In this document: in pieces, positions 9,001 through 20,472 of the stretch | Layout of the letters: the number at the start of each line of letters is the position of its first letter | Numbering within the stretch: the stretch's first letter is position 1 | DNA from: Clostridia bacterium | GTDB taxonomy: Bacteria; Bacillota; Clostridia; Christensenellales; QALW01 | DNA length: 55,224 nt | Assembly (NCBI GenBank): GCA_045600145.1 | Contig: JAZRXI010000093.1 | Location: forward strand, 1-55,224 | Reading direction: 5' to 3' | Notes under the pieces: generated by a model | Databases searched by the model: none | Seen by the model: only the letters and a program-made list of their open reading frames with translations | Told to the model about the DNA's origin: nothing | Translations under genes and position numbers: made by a program

Positions 9001-10071
9001 TCAAATTATATATTCTTCTGACACACTGCCGTCTGATGCAACGAATACGGCAGTTATTTTTCCGTTTAAGAATTCAAGTCCCGTTCCGGTAAATTTATCC
9101 TTATCCGGCTTTGCGCCGACTATAACGGTACAGGGCTGACCGAGATCATCCTTTTCTCCGCCGACTGTATCTATCGAGGTTGTGTGCTTGTGACCGCACA
9201 ACATTACATCCGGCTTAACATTTTCGCGCAGAAGTCTTGCCCATTCCGCATAAATATCCTGCTCGATATCGAACGGCGGCTTGAAAATGCGCGTGAACGG
9301 CACATGACATACGGCAAGCTTGTATTTCACCGAAGCATCATTGTATTCACCGTCCGCGATGATTTTTTTCAAAAAATCCACCTGTCGTTTGCGGAACGGG
9401 TGACAGCTTACGGTATAGCCGTATTCCGCATGTATATCGTCCTTGTCCTCACCGCAGTCAAGGATAACTCCCCACACACTTCCGATGCGGAAGCTGTAAT
9501 ATGTGTTGCCGTTTTCGTTCGGCGTGTATTCGCTTATTTTTTCGGCGTACAGTCCGCGCAGGTCGTGATTGCCGCGGGCATAAACTATCGGTATGCTTCC
9601 GCCGGTCACACGTCCGGCTATCTCATATATGGTGTTGAAATATTCCGTTTCGCCACTGTGATTTGGAATATCGCCGTTAAGTATCAGCAGGTCGATTTTG
9701 CCGAATGCTTTTGCCGCCGCCACAGGCGTTTCAACTGCGTTGTGAGTGTCTGCAATATGAAATGCTCTGAAGTTATCCTGCGGCAGAGGCGAAAACGCAA
9801 AATTTATTTCGGTCTCAGGCTCTGTTTCGGGAAAATAAGGCTTACGGTCTATGATCTTACGTTCGCAAACGGTGTAGCTCTTTGCTTCATCAAGAGCCGC
9901 TTGCGGAACGGTCACGCGGTGTACATCGGTCATTGAACGCATTATGCCGTTTGATTCGTCGTAATAATATGTATCGCCGACCTTAATCCTGAAAAGTGAC
10001 GGATCGGTAACGGGGACCATTATCTGATAAGTGTTTCCTACCGCAAATACCGCGGGTGCTGTTTTTAACAT
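9001..10071 (-). CDS. Calcineurin-like metallophosphoesterase
   Basis: IADTH, LNGD, ARGNHD, CGHKH. Confidence 0.9.
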   Translation of the reverse strand: MLKTAPAVFAVGNTYQIMVPVTDPSLFRIKVGDTYYYDESNGIMRSMTDVHRVTVPQAALDEAKSYTVCERKIIDRKPYFPETEPETEINFAFSPLPQDNFRAFHIADTHNAVETPVAAAKAFGKIDLLILNGDIPNHSGETEYFNTIYEIAGRVTGGSIPIVYARGNHDLRGLYAEKISEYTPNENGNTYYSFRIGSVWGVILDCGEDKDDIHAEYGYTVSCHPFRKRQVDFLKKIIADGEYNDASVKYKLAVCHVPFTRIFKPPFDIEQDIYAEWARLLRENVKPDVMLCGHKHTTSIDTVGGEKDDLGQPCTVIVGAKPDKDKFTGTGLEFLNGKITAVFVASDGSVSEEYII

Positions 10072-10095
10072 TATTATTATCTCCTGTCGTTGTTT

Positions 10096-11022
10096 TTAAC
10101 CGAAAACGCCTGTGGAAAAATACCTGTCGCCGGAATCGGGGAAAAGCGTCACTATCAGCTTGCCGCTGTTTTCGATTTTCTGCGCAAGCTTTACCGATGC
10201 CGCGAGAGCCGCGCCGGAGCTTATTCCGACAAGTATGCCTTCTTTTACGGCAATCATGCGTGTGAATTCGTATGCTTCGTCATCGCTTACGGCGATCACC
10301 TCGTCGTAGATGTCGGTATCAAGCGTTTCGGGAACAAAATTTGCACCGATGCCCTGTATTTTGTGTGCGCCTGCAAAGCCTTTCGATAATAGCGGAGACG
10401 ATGCCGGCTCGACCGCGACAACGCGTATTGCACTATTGTTCTCTTTAAGACGCTTTGCCGTACCCGAAAGCGTTCCGCCCGTGCCCGCCGTGCAGACAAA
10501 GATATCCACCTTTCCGTCTGTATCGTCCCATATTTCGACGCCCGTGGTTTCGTAGTGAACGCGCGGATTCACGGGATTCGTGAACTGTCCCGGAATAAAC
10601 GCGCCGGGGATCTCAGCAGCAAGCTTTTGAGCTGTTTCTATAGCGCCCGTCATTCCGAGTGTACCGTCGGAAAGAACTATTTCCGCACCGTAGGCACTTA
10701 TTGCAAGCTTGCGTTCGTTGCTCATGGTATCGGGCATTACAATTATTGTGCGGTAGCCCTTAGCCGCCGCGACGCTCGCAAGTCCTATGCCCGTGTTGCC
10801 GCTTGTCGGCTCAATTATTACCGATCCTTTTTTCAGTATTCCTTTCTTTTCCGCATCCTCTATCATGCCCTTTGCAACTCTGTCCTTTGCCGATCCCGCC
10901 GGATTAAGAAATTCAAGCTTTGCGGCGATCTTCGCATTCAAACCAAGCTCGGTTTCGATATGAGAAAGCTCCAAAAGCGGTGTGGACCCGATTATTTCAT
11001 CAGCCGAAGAATATATTTTCAT
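10096..11022 (-). CDS. cysK: Cysteine synthase A
   Basis: NPAGSAKDR (PLP lysine), EPTSGNTG, GTGGT, HKIQGIG; start at ATG 11022 after GGAGG. Confidence 0.95.
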   Translation of the reverse strand: MKIYSSADEIIGSTPLLELSHIETELGLNAKIAAKLEFLNPAGSAKDRVAKGMIEDAEKKGILKKGSVIIEPTSGNTGIGLASVAAAKGYRTIIVMPDTMSNERKLAISAYGAEIVLSDGTLGMTGAIETAQKLAAEIPGAFIPGQFTNPVNPRVHYETTGVEIWDDTDGKVDIFVCTAGTGGTLSGTAKRLKENNSAIRVVAVEPASSPLLSKGFAGAHKIQGIGANFVPETLDTDIYDEVIAVSDDEAYEFTRMIAVKEGILVGISSGAALAASVKLAQKIENSGKLIVTLFPDSGDRYFSTGVFG

Positions 11023-11049
11023 ATTTTGCGCCTCCGTAAATACTATATA

Positions 11050-11078
11050 AGGATACGCCCAAGTCAGATGTTTGTCAA
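11050..11078 (-). promoter_or_regulatory. SigA-like promoter for cysK
   Basis: TTGACA-17-TATCCT. Confidence 0.55.
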
Positions 11079-11184
11079 TACTTTTTATACGCAAATTATC
11101 ATGAAAAAAGCATGAAAATAAAAGTAAATCTGAACGTTTTACGAATGATTCGCGCATTGCGGGCATTTATTTGTTACAAAAGTG

Positions 11185-11213
11185 TTGCACGTTTTTTCGT
11201 TATATGGTACAAT
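11185..11213 (+). promoter_or_regulatory. SigA-like promoter
   Basis: TTGCAC-17-TACAAT with an extended TG. Confidence 0.6.
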
Positions 11214-11236
11214 AGCCGTGACAGGAGGTATAATCT

Positions 11237-12739
11237 GTGATCAAAAAACTAATAACGGCGCTATGTATTGCCACGGTACTTGCGTGTTCTTTGAACGCTT
11301 CGGCGGTACCGGATTCGCTAATGAAGCTCGGCAGTAAAGGGCCTGATGTCAAAGAGCTCCAATTAAAGCTTGAAGAGCTCGGTTATCTCGACCCGACATA
11401 TATAACCGGCTTTTTCGGACCAAACACCGTAGAAGCGGTAAAAAAATACCAGCAGGCACAAAGCATTACTGTTTCGGGCATTGCGGAAAATGACATGCTT
11501 GAAAAAATGTTTACCAAAAATGAATTTGACGTTACAATGACTATCCGTAACGGTGACGAAAGCAGTATAGTCAAGCGGTTACAGCAGGCACTCTGCGACA
11601 TGAAATACCTTGATGCCGAAAGCGTTACGGGTTACTACGGTGACAAAACCGAAGCGGCTGTTAAAAAATTTCAAAGCGACAACGGCATACAGCCTACCGG
11701 AATCGCGGCAAAGCTGACGCTTGAAAAAATCAATGTGCTTATCAATGTAGCAAAGCTCGATACCGGCAGAGTTTATAAAGCGGGTGATGAAGATGCCGGC
11801 GTCAAAGAGCTTCAACAGCGGTTGTGCGACCTCGGCTATCTCGATGTAAAATATGTTACGGGATATTTCGGCGCAATAACGGTCGCGGCAGTAAAGAAAT
11901 TCCAAAAAACGAATCAAATAAGTCAAACAGGCACAGTTGCCGAAATGACGCTTGCAGCGCTTAATTCTGCAACTGCAAAAACAAATGCCGATCCCGACGA
12001 CCCAGATAAGGATTATGTCGCCAAGCCCGGCACTCTGCGCTACGGTGACAGGGGCTCACTTGTCAAAACGCTTCAAAACAATCTCAAAAAGCTCGGATAT
12101 TTTTCGGGCACGGCAACGGGTGAGTTCGGTGATGTAACAAAGCAATCGGTAATAAAATTTCAAAAAGCATATTCGCTGACAGCTGACGGCATAGCAAACG
12201 CCAAGACGCTTTCAAAAATCTCTGCGGCAATAAGCGCTAAAAGCTCATCGTCGGGAGGCTCAAAAGCTTCTTCATCAAGTTCTTCATCAGGCTCCGGCAC
12301 AGCTTCGTCCTCGGGAGTGACCGTCAGCGGATATGATTCGGCAAATATGGATGTAGTCAACTCTGCGCTTGCCACGCTCAACGCTTCCCAGCTTGAGGAT
12401 GTCAAGCTCATCGCGCGTATAATCAAGCGTGAGGTCGGCGGAAGCTCATACAAGTGTCAGCTTGCTGTCGGCAGTATAATCATGAATCGTGTTGCCCGCA
12501 ACTGTGCTTCCGTACACGACGTAATATATGCACCGAATCAGTTCTCAACAGCCAATTCATCGCTTCCTAACGAAACGTATTCAACAAGCAATTATTACGC
12601 CGCGCTTGAAGCGTATATGGGCGTTAAGCCGATAGGCAACTGTCTGTATTTCTGTTCGCAATCAGTGCGCTATTCATCATGGATGGGTAAACACCGCACA
12701 TATTACTGCACCATCGGCACCGAATGCTTCTTCTTGTAA
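11237..12739 (+). CDS. Secreted cell-wall hydrolase: 4 PG_binding_1 repeats, Ser-rich linker, SleB-like Hydrolase_2 domain
   Basis: Signal peptide; four V..LQ..L..LGY..TG.FG..T..AVKKFQ repeats; IARIIKRE, VGSIIMNRV, NQFS. Confidence 0.88.
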   Translation: MIKKLITALCIATVLACSLNASAVPDSLMKLGSKGPDVKELQLKLEELGYLDPTYITGFFGPNTVEAVKKYQQAQSITVSGIAENDMLEKMFTKNEFDVTMTIRNGDESSIVKRLQQALCDMKYLDAESVTGYYGDKTEAAVKKFQSDNGIQPTGIAAKLTLEKINVLINVAKLDTGRVYKAGDEDAGVKELQQRLCDLGYLDVKYVTGYFGAITVAAVKKFQKTNQISQTGTVAEMTLAALNSATAKTNADPDDPDKDYVAKPGTLRYGDRGSLVKTLQNNLKKLGYFSGTATGEFGDVTKQSVIKFQKAYSLTADGIANAKTLSKISAAISAKSSSSGGSKASSSSSSSGSGTASSSGVTVSGYDSANMDVVNSALATLNASQLEDVKLIARIIKREVGGSSYKCQLAVGSIIMNRVARNCASVHDVIYAPNQFSTANSSLPNETYSTSNYYAALEAYMGVKPIGNCLYFCSQSVRYSSWMGKHRTYYCTIGTECFFL

Positions 12740-12756
12740 GAGCGCTCTCTGCGTAG

Positions 12757-12856
12757 CTCTACCCCGCACCCCGCCTGCTTTTTTGAAAAAGCGTGGCAAA
12801 GTAAAACAACTACAGTGCCTTATGCTAAAGTATAGCGCAGGCACTGTGTTTTTTAT
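12757..12856. repeat. Family A repeat with ACAGTGCCT..AGGCACTGT hairpin
   Basis: Same hairpin at 37942, 49339 and 54154; lies between convergent genes. Confidence 0.8.
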
Positions 12857-12965
12857 CATTGCTTACTTTATTGTGCAATTGTGAGAAGTGACGTGACGCA
12901 GCAATCCATTTTCAATACATGTAACTTTCGGCAGAAGCGAACTATGCTCGCCCGTAGTAGTACAA

Positions 12966-13790
12966 TCAGTGCGCGTGTCTTTGTCCCTCGGCTCTGTATT
13001 GCGACGGGGTCATGCCGGTGACTTTCCTGAAAGCGCGATGGAAGCTTCTTTCGCAGGAAAAACCGCACTGTGTTGCGATATCCGTTGACGAATCGTGAGT
13101 GGAAAGCAAGAGAGTTTTTGCTTTTTCGACGCGGATGCAATTGAGGAACGAGCAAAAATTCATGTGCATTACGGTCTTGAAATAATGTGAGATATAATTT
13201 GCACTGTAGCCGAGCTGCGTGGCGGCGGACGCAAGTGTCACATTTTCGCCGGAATTTGTATGGATATAAAGAATCAGCTTTGAAAACATATCGTTTTCCT
13301 CAAATTTTTCTTTAACGGGAACGCATGAAAAATATTCCTCGAAAATCGCAAACAGCCCTGCCTTGATTTGACGCATGCTTATATCTTTCATATCCTCTTC
13401 GCTGTCGATATTACCGAGCCCTGTGAGCTTTGAGAGAACATAATCACGTGTAATCGCGTTTGGCAAAAATACGCATTTTTCGCCGTAAATAAGCTCGCGC
13501 TTTTTAACAAATTCGGAAATAAACACATCGGAAAACACGCTTATCCAAACACGCGAATACTCCGGAGCGTTGAGCTTGTGTACCTGAAACGGCATAATTA
13601 TCGCAAATTCTCCCGCATGCATTGTTTCGGGAGCGTCATTCACAGTAAGCTCAAGCTCACCCTCATACACATATATCAGCTCCGTATACTGATGCAGATG
13701 TGACGGATAGTTGTACTGTCCGAGACACAGCTCGCATTTGAACTCGTCACTGTATCCGAAATTATCGGTTTGAACAAAAATACGTATCAC
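12966..13790 (-). CDS. AraC-family regulator (cupin + HTH); start uncertain
   Basis: PSHLHQYTEL cupin motif; IATQCGFSCERSFHRAFRKVTGMTP. Confidence 0.9.
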   Translation of the reverse strand: MIRIFVQTDNFGYSDEFKCELCLGQYNYPSHLHQYTELIYVYEGELELTVNDAPETMHAGEFAIIMPFQVHKLNAPEYSRVWISVFSDVFISEFVKKRELIYGEKCVFLPNAITRDYVLSKLTGLGNIDSEEDMKDISMRQIKAGLFAIFEEYFSCVPVKEKFEENDMFSKLILYIHTNSGENVTLASAATQLGYSANYISHYFKTVMHMNFCSFLNCIRVEKAKTLLLSTHDSSTDIATQCGFSCERSFHRAFRKVTGMTPSQYRAEGQRHAH

Positions 13791-14130
13791 CTCAATTTGA
13801 AACAAACACCGAAACTTGTTTTTTGCCGTATGAAATCGACTTGTTTTACATATATGATATCACATTATCGGAAGAATATCAACAAGTGTATGATAAAACC
13901 ATAAATAAAAATATTCTTTTTTCTTTCTTCAGGAAAGTTTGCATGATGGAGCAAGGGCAAATCCCCCTGCGTTTTTTGGTCAAAGAGAAGATAGCGCTTA
14001 AAAAAGCTTGTCGACGAAAAGAATATCATTACATTTGACAACAATATATGTTATATGGTATTATATGAGTAGTTTGGGTTATCCTGCTGATATTCATTAG
14101 ACTATTTATATTGATATTTGTGGAGTATAT

Positions 14131-14796
14131 ATGGAAAATATTAATGAATTGGAGAATATTGACGCGCCGAAGCACAAGCGGATATATGACGTCCCCGACA
14201 TAATGCCGGAGCGAAAGCCTTGCTATGAATTTTTTAAGCGATTATTTGATATTGTGCTTTCGCTCATAGCCATTGTACTGTGTTTTATTCCCATGATAAT
14301 TATAGGAATAATAATAAGGGTGGATTCCAAGGGTGCATCCATATACCGACAAGAGCGTCTGGGTAAAGATGGGAAACCATTTATGCTTCTTAAATTTCGC
14401 TCAATGTACATGGATGCCGAAGATGACGGTGAACAGTGGGCTGCCGAAAACGATACGCGTTGCACACGCGTTGGCGGTTTTTTGCGCAAATCGCGGTTGG
14501 ACGAGCTGCCTCAGTTTTTCAATATTCTTGCCGGAAGCATGTCAATAGTAGGGCCGCGTCCCGAACGTGCATATTTTTACAACGAATTCGAAAAAACGAT
14601 CCACGGCTTTTCATATAGGACTCGCGTATTGCCCGGACTGACAGGACTTGCACAGGTAAACGGCGGATATGATCTTCTTCCGGAAGAAAAAATTGTTTAT
14701 GACATGGAATATATCAAAACACGCTCGCTGACGCTTGATTTTCAGTGCATCGTGCGTACAGTGTCGGTAATTTTCAGTCATGACGGTGCGAGATAA
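14131..14796 (+). CDS. Priming sugar transferase (polyprenyl-phosphate hexose-1-P transferase)
   Basis: KRLFDI, KFRSM, LDELPQFFNIL.GSMSIVGPRPE, PGLTGLAQV. Confidence 0.95.
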   Translation: MENINELENIDAPKHKRIYDVPDIMPERKPCYEFFKRLFDIVLSLIAIVLCFIPMIIIGIIIRVDSKGASIYRQERLGKDGKPFMLLKFRSMYMDAEDDGEQWAAENDTRCTRVGGFLRKSRLDELPQFFNILAGSMSIVGPRPERAYFYNEFEKTIHGFSYRTRVLPGLTGLAQVNGGYDLLPEEKIVYDMEYIKTRSLTLDFQCIVRTVSVIFSHDGAR

Positions 14797-14797
14797 A

Positions 14798-15778
14798 ATG
14801 GAACTTAAGGATAAAAATATTTTAATAGTAAGTCCGTTCTTTTTTGATTACCATGTACGGATACAGCGTGCGCTGATGCTACGGGGGGCAGATGTCGACG
14901 TTATCAACGAACAGCCGTCCGGTTCGGCATTTGCGCGAATAATGATGCGCAAGGATATACCTCTGTATCACCGTGTGATCGACAAATATTTTGACAGCGT
15001 ATTTCCACGTCTTAAGAAGGACTACGACTTTATTCTGTTTATTAAGTGTGAAGCGCCTACGGTGGATGTCTTAAAAAAATTCAAGCGTCGGTTTCCGTTC
15101 GCCAAACGGATTTTATATCTTTGGGATTCTGTTGCCAATATAGCGCATATAACCAAGAAATTCGGATATTTCAACAAAATCTTTTCGTTTGATAAGGATG
15201 ATGTACAGCGTTACTCATTCCTTGAGTACGCTTATTGGGGATATACCCGCGAGTTTGATATCCCAAGCGACGAAAAACCGGAATACGATATTTCCTTTAT
15301 CGGAACATTACATTCGATGCGCCCGGCGATCATTTCGAGCATTGAGCGTCAGTGCCGCGTAATGGGGTTGAGCTTTTACAAATTTGTATATCTGCCGCAT
15401 CCTATAGTCTTTTTGTACAACAAGTTGACTAATCCGTGCTTCAAGCGAATAAAGCGGTCACAGGTGCATTTTTCTCCGCTTTCGACACAGGAAACGATAG
15501 ATATTTACAAAAAGTCGTTTGCCGTGCTTGAAATCGAAAACGACAAGCAAAGCGGCGCTACAACTCGCATGGGCGAAATGATAGGTATGCAAAAGAAAAT
15601 GATCACTACGTTTGATTGCCGCAACGAGGCGTTTTATCGCAAGGAAAATCAGCTTGTGCTTGATGCGAACAGTATTCAGCTCAAGCGTGATTTCTTTACT
15701 ACACCTTATGCGCAGATACCCGAAGAGATACGGCGAGAGTATTCGTTTGATAAGTTCATCGACATAGTTTTCAAATAA
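14798..15778 (+). CDS. Capsular/EPS biosynthesis glycosyltransferase-like protein
   Basis: YLWDS, FSFDKDD, YDISFIGT, GATTR..E..KKMITT pattern; coupled to the sugar transferase. Confidence 0.65.
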   Translation: MELKDKNILIVSPFFFDYHVRIQRALMLRGADVDVINEQPSGSAFARIMMRKDIPLYHRVIDKYFDSVFPRLKKDYDFILFIKCEAPTVDVLKKFKRRFPFAKRILYLWDSVANIAHITKKFGYFNKIFSFDKDDVQRYSFLEYAYWGYTREFDIPSDEKPEYDISFIGTLHSMRPAIISSIERQCRVMGLSFYKFVYLPHPIVFLYNKLTNPCFKRIKRSQVHFSPLSTQETIDIYKKSFAVLEIENDKQSGATTRMGEMIGMQKKMITTFDCRNEAFYRKENQLVLDANSIQLKRDFFTTPYAQIPEEIRREYSFDKFIDIVFK

Positions 15779-15829
15779 ATACGGAGTGCAAAGGGAACGG
15801 CGTTCCCGCAAAATAAAGGAGAATATATT

Positions 15830-18274
15830 ATGAAAAAGTTGCTTGCTGTGATTCTCAGCACGGCATTGCTTGCGGGTGTACTGACGGCTTTATGCGGACT
15901 TCCCGTATACGCTGACGAAAACACTTACGATGCGCAAGTTTGGAAGCCTGTTGAGATAACGCTCACGAGTGCTTCGGATTATAAAAATCCGTATGCCGAT
16001 GTTGAGATAAACTCAGTATTCACACATTCCGACGGAACAACTATATCTCTTCCCGGGTTTTGGAAAGAAAACAAAACATGGGCGGTACGATTCTCACCCA
16101 CAAAGACGGGCGAATGGACATATAATATAACATGCTCCAAATCCGACGCGGGACTTACGGCATCCGGAAAGGTCAACGCTACCGAGAACACATCAAATAC
16201 CATGCTTGCCAAGCACGGCTTCGTGCGCATTTCCGACGACGCGCATTTTTATTCTTACGCCGACGGCACACCGTTCTTTTGGCTCGGCGATACCAACTGG
16301 CAGGCTCCCAACTATATTTCAACGACTACCTGCAATTATCCGGGATGTAAGTGCGGCAGTCAGTTTGAACATGAAGTAAACAACCGTGTTGAAAAGGGAT
16401 TTACGGTATATCAGACATATTTTGATTCTGCAGAATCCGACGGCGGCGGACAGCGCGGCATTCTGCCGAGCATCTGGAAGACAAAGCACAAGCTCCCTTC
16501 AGCACAGGTTTTTAACGAAAAGATCGACCATATGTTTGAATATCTGCTTGAACACGATATGACAGTCGCTCTCGGCTTCGGCGTTCACACAAGCACGATG
16601 AACAACATGAAGGATGCGGATTTCTTCCGCTTCGTGCGTTATTGCGTGGCACGTTACGCCTGCTACAGTGTCGTGTGGATATCCGGACAGGAAATAACGA
16701 ATACCGCTGATGCCGCCGCCACTCCGGGCAGAGATGTCATGGGCATCTACATGGAAGGCTCCGAGCTTATCGGCAGACTTGACGGCTATCATCATCCCAA
16801 CGGTGCGCACATGTATCCCATGATGCTTATTGACGAGCGCGCAAAACGCCTTGATGAAGCTGATTGGCATAACTGTTGGATTCTTCAGGCAGGTCACAGC
16901 AGAAAAGTGCAGAATAAAAAATTCTACGCAAGCTACTATCTCGGTGCGACAAAGACAAAGCCGTATATCGAAGGCGAAGCGAATTATGAGGATATCAACT
17001 GCGGCGGTTTCACGGGTTATGATGCAAACCGCTACTGCGCATGGAACGCGCTTATGTGCGGCTGTGCAGGTTTCACATACGGTGTTACGGGAATTTGGGC
17101 GAACTGCTATTCGACTGAAAAGAACACAGGTTGGTACGGCATAACCTCTTACAGTTATGAGCCGTGGTACATCGGTCTTGACAAGCCCGGCTCCTATGAA
17201 GTAGCCTATATGCGTCAATTTTTCGAGAGCTTTGATTGGACAAAACTCATTCCGAGATTCTACGATGCTGCCTACGCCGATTTTGCAATGGACGAAAAGA
17301 AGCTTATCTCGTCGACCGACGATGCTTCGACCATCGTATGCTATTTCTACAATAAGGATGTGGAAACGGGCAAGCTGATGCGGCTTGATTCATCAAAAAA
17401 ATACACCGCATGGTGGTTCAATGTACAGACAGGCGCGTTCACAAAGATAACCGATGTCAGTGGCTCTGCGGAGTATAGTATTCCCGATAAGCCTTCAACT
17501 GCCGATTGGGCGTTTCTGCTTACCGACAGCGATATGTCAAAGGTACGCACCGCTTCGCTTTATAAGGATCTGTATGACGAAAATCCCGACAACACCATCA
17601 CGGGCAATATCATAACGCCTAAAAAAGTCACCGCTATAGGCGGATGTGAGTATATCAACAACAAGCTCGCCGATATTACGGGGCGGCTGTACGACCTCTC
17701 GGGTGATACCGCATGGGAGCCTGTAGCTGACCGTACGACACAGACGATAATCTACGATCTCGGCGTACCGTATGATCTTACGCACATCACAATAGCGCCG
17801 CAGACAGGCACTACGCTTCCGACGTACCGCATCGAAGTTTCAAACGACGCAAAAACATGGATGATAATGGCGGATGCCTCTATCCGTGAAATGAAGTGGT
17901 CGGACGATAAAACATTCATCAGCGAAAAGCTTGCGGGCGGCTACCGCTATGTCAAGGTACTCATTCTAAACGCTGAAAATGTCGATAAGAATTCGCCGTT
18001 CAAGCTAACATATAACGATGCAACAAAAACATATTATTCGCACACCGCTATTGCCGAAATAAGCGTATTCGGCAACGGCACTGCAGAAATCACCGATGCA
18101 CCGCCAATAACCGATGTGCCATCGAATCCGGGCAGCACTGCCGATCCGAATATAAGCAGCGGTAACAGCAAAAACGGAAATACCACGCTTATCATCATGT
18201 GTGCCGCAGTTGTAGGAGTTGCCGCGGGTGTGGCGATCGGCATGATAGTTACGCGTAAAAAGAAAAAAGATTAA
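15830..18274 (+). CDS. Surface-anchored glycoside hydrolase (DUF5060 + DUF4038/GH140-like, discoidin-like domain, C-terminal TM anchor)
   Basis: Signal peptide; WAVRFSPTKTGEW, DGTPFFWLGDTNW, EGEANYE, GFTYG; C-terminal hydrophobic helix followed by RKKKKD. Confidence 0.8.
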   Translation: MKKLLAVILSTALLAGVLTALCGLPVYADENTYDAQVWKPVEITLTSASDYKNPYADVEINSVFTHSDGTTISLPGFWKENKTWAVRFSPTKTGEWTYNITCSKSDAGLTASGKVNATENTSNTMLAKHGFVRISDDAHFYSYADGTPFFWLGDTNWQAPNYISTTTCNYPGCKCGSQFEHEVNNRVEKGFTVYQTYFDSAESDGGGQRGILPSIWKTKHKLPSAQVFNEKIDHMFEYLLEHDMTVALGFGVHTSTMNNMKDADFFRFVRYCVARYACYSVVWISGQEITNTADAAATPGRDVMGIYMEGSELIGRLDGYHHPNGAHMYPMMLIDERAKRLDEADWHNCWILQAGHSRKVQNKKFYASYYLGATKTKPYIEGEANYEDINCGGFTGYDANRYCAWNALMCGCAGFTYGVTGIWANCYSTEKNTGWYGITSYSYEPWYIGLDKPGSYEVAYMRQFFESFDWTKLIPRFYDAAYADFAMDEKKLISSTDDASTIVCYFYNKDVETGKLMRLDSSKKYTAWWFNVQTGAFTKITDVSGSAEYSIPDKPSTADWAFLLTDSDMSKVRTASLYKDLYDENPDNTITGNIITPKKVTAIGGCEYINNKLADITGRLYDLSGDTAWEPVADRTTQTIIYDLGVPYDLTHITIAPQTGTTLPTYRIEVSNDAKTWMIMADASIREMKWSDDKTFISEKLAGGYRYVKVLILNAENVDKNSPFKLTYNDATKTYYSHTAIAEISVFGNGTAEITDAPPITDVPSNPGSTADPNISSGNSKNGNTTLIIMCAAVVGVAAGVAIGMIVTRKKKKD

Positions 18275-18284
18275 ACGCTTATGC

Positions 18285-18372
18285 AGGGTGACGCGACAAT
18301 CCTTATTCGCGCAAAATCAATTTTACGTCATTATGGATTGCCACGCCTACTCTGCGTAGGCTCGCAATGGCA
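18285..18372. repeat. Family B repeat, degenerate
   Basis: GACGCGACAATCC..GGATTGCCACGCCTAC..GTAGGCTCGCAATGGCA. Confidence 0.7.
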
Positions 18373-18420
18373 CAAGAGAGTTTTTATAGCAACCACTCGG
18401 ATTTCTACCACTTATTCTGG

Positions 18421-18483
18421 CAAAACGCAATAAAAGCTTTACCCACGCTTTTTCAAAAGCGGACGGATTTGAGGCGGAGCTCC
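18421..18483. repeat. Family A repeat, degenerate
   Basis: AACGCAATAAAAGCTTTACCCACGCTTTTTCAAAAGCGG. Confidence 0.7.
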
Positions 18484-18493
18484 GAAATAAGCC

Positions 18494-20440
18494 TTACTCA
18501 TCATACAGTGTTTTGAGTAAATCGCGAATTTTTGCGGCTTTTTCAAATTCAAGATCCCGCGCATACCTGAGCATCTGTTCTTCAAGCTGCGCGATCTGTG
18601 CTTTGGGATCTGTGCTTTTTACAAGCTCGACATCCTCGGACTTGCTTATTTCTATAAGCTCGGCTATTGGTTTGATTATAGTTTTAGGCGTAATATTATG
18701 CTCAAGATTATATTTATTTTGGATATCGCGTCTGCGCTTCGTCTCGTCTATCGCGCCGCGCATTGAATCCGTGATATTGTCCGCATACATTATAACTCTG
18801 CCCTCGGCGTTACGCGCACCGCGTCCGATTGTCTGGATAAGCGAACGCTGTGACCGTAAAAAGCCCTCCTTATCGGCATCGAGAATGGCTATCAGTGCGA
18901 CCTCCGGCAAATCAAGTCCCTCACGCAAAAGATTTATCCCGACGAGCACATCAAATTTGCCAAGCCGCAGATTCCGAAGTATCTTAACACGCTCAAGTGT
19001 GTGTATCTCCGAATGCATATATTCGGTTTTGATCCCGGCTTCCTTGAGGTACGCCGTGAGCATTTCCGCCATGCGTTTTGTCAGTGTTGTTACAAGCGTG
19101 CGGAAGCCTTTTGCAGTCGTCGCGGTGATTTCTTCGATGAGGTCGTCTATTTGCCCTTCAATCGGGCGCACCTCTATCAGCGGGTCGAGCAAACCCGTAG
19201 GTCTGATTATCTGCTCCGCGACTTCGCCACCCGCGCGCTCAAGCTCGTATTCTGCGGGCGTCGCCGATACGAATATCGTTTGAAGCAATCGCTTTTCCGT
19301 TTCCTCGAAGCGGAGCGGTCTGTTATCGAACGCCGCAGGCAGACGAAATCCGTATTTAACGAGCATCTCCTTGCGTGAACGATCGCCCGCGTACATCGCG
19401 CGGAGCTGAGGTACGGTAACATGTGATTCGTCAATTATCGTCAAAAAATCGCTCGGGAAATAATCCAGCAAGGTGTACGGCGGCTGTCCCGGTTTTCTGC
19501 CATCGAGATACCGTGAATAGTTTTCTATTCCGGAGCAATAGCCTATCTCCGAAATCATTTCGATATCGTAGCGTGTGCGCTGTTCAATGCGCTCGCGCTC
19601 AAGCGGTTTACTCTCGTGTTCAAAGAAATCTATCTGCTTTTCAAGGTCAATCCCGATGTTCTTTATGGCATTTCTGAGCTGTTCGGAATCTGCCGCATAG
19701 TGCGTGTTCGGGAATATCGCACAGTGGGAAAGCGTCGAAAGCACATGTCCCGTCGCGACCTCGATCTCGCAAAGACGGTCTATCTCATCGTCGAAAAACT
19801 CAACGCGCACCGCCTTATCACTGCGCTCGGCGGTAATTATCTCGACATTGTCGCCACGCACGCGGAATGTGCCTCGTGCAAAATCAATATCGTTGCGCTC
19901 ATACTGTATGTTGATAAGCTTTTTCAGCAGCTCGTCGCGTTCAAGCGTCATGCCCGGGCGGAGCGATACCGCCATTTCGCTGTATGCCTTGGGATCGCCG
20001 AGGCCGTATATGCACGAAACCGATGCGACCACTATAACATCGCGACGCTCCTGCAACGCGCATGTCGCACTGTGACGGAGCTTCTCTATCTCGTCATTTA
20101 TCGACGAATCCTTTTCAATATAGGTATCTGTCTGCGGGATATACGCCTCCGGCTGATAATAGTCATAGAACGAAACGAAATATTCCACCGCATTTTCGGG
20201 GAAAAACTCCTTGAATTCCGAATAGAGCTGTGCCGCAAGCGTCTTGTTATGAGCAAGCACGAGCGTCGGACGGTTTACCCTCTCAATGATATTTGCCATT
20301 GTAAACGTCTTGCCCGATCCTGTTACGCCCAAAAGCACCTGTGCGTCAAGCCCATCATTGATGCCCTCGACAAGCTTGTCTATTGCCTGCGGCTGATCGC
20401 CGGTAGGTTTGAATTTTGAATGAATTTCAAAATGATCCAT
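18494..20440 (-). CDS. uvrB: Excinuclease ABC subunit B
   Basis: [41 protein letters not shown]-terminal UVR domain; start ATG 20440 after GGAGGA. Confidence 0.98.
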   Translation of the reverse strand: MDHFEIHSKFKPTGDQPQAIDKLVEGINDGLDAQVLLGVTGSGKTFTMANIIERVNRPTLVLAHNKTLAAQLYSEFKEFFPENAVEYFVSFYDYYQPEAYIPQTDTYIEKDSSINDEIEKLRHSATCALQERRDVIVVASVSCIYGLGDPKAYSEMAVSLRPGMTLERDELLKKLINIQYERNDIDFARGTFRVRGDNVEIITAERSDKAVRVEFFDDEIDRLCEIEVATGHVLSTLSHCAIFPNTHYAADSEQLRNAIKNIGIDLEKQIDFFEHESKPLERERIEQRTRYDIEMISEIGYCSGIENYSRYLDGRKPGQPPYTLLDYFPSDFLTIIDESHVTVPQLRAMYAGDRSRKEMLVKYGFRLPAAFDNRPLRFEETEKRLLQTIFVSATPAEYELERAGGEVAEQIIRPTGLLDPLIEVRPIEGQIDDLIEEITATTAKGFRTLVTTLTKRMAEMLTAYLKEAGIKTEYMHSEIHTLERVKILRNLRLGKFDVLVGINLLREGLDLPEVALIAILDADKEGFLRSQRSLIQTIGRGARNAEGRVIMYADNITDSMRGAIDETKRRRDIQNKYNLEHNITPKTIIKPIAELIEISKSEDVELVKSTDPKAQIAQLEEQMLRYARDLEFEKAAKIRDLLKTLYDE

Positions 20441-20472
20441 GTTATCCTCCTCCATGTTCGGCATTGGCGAAA

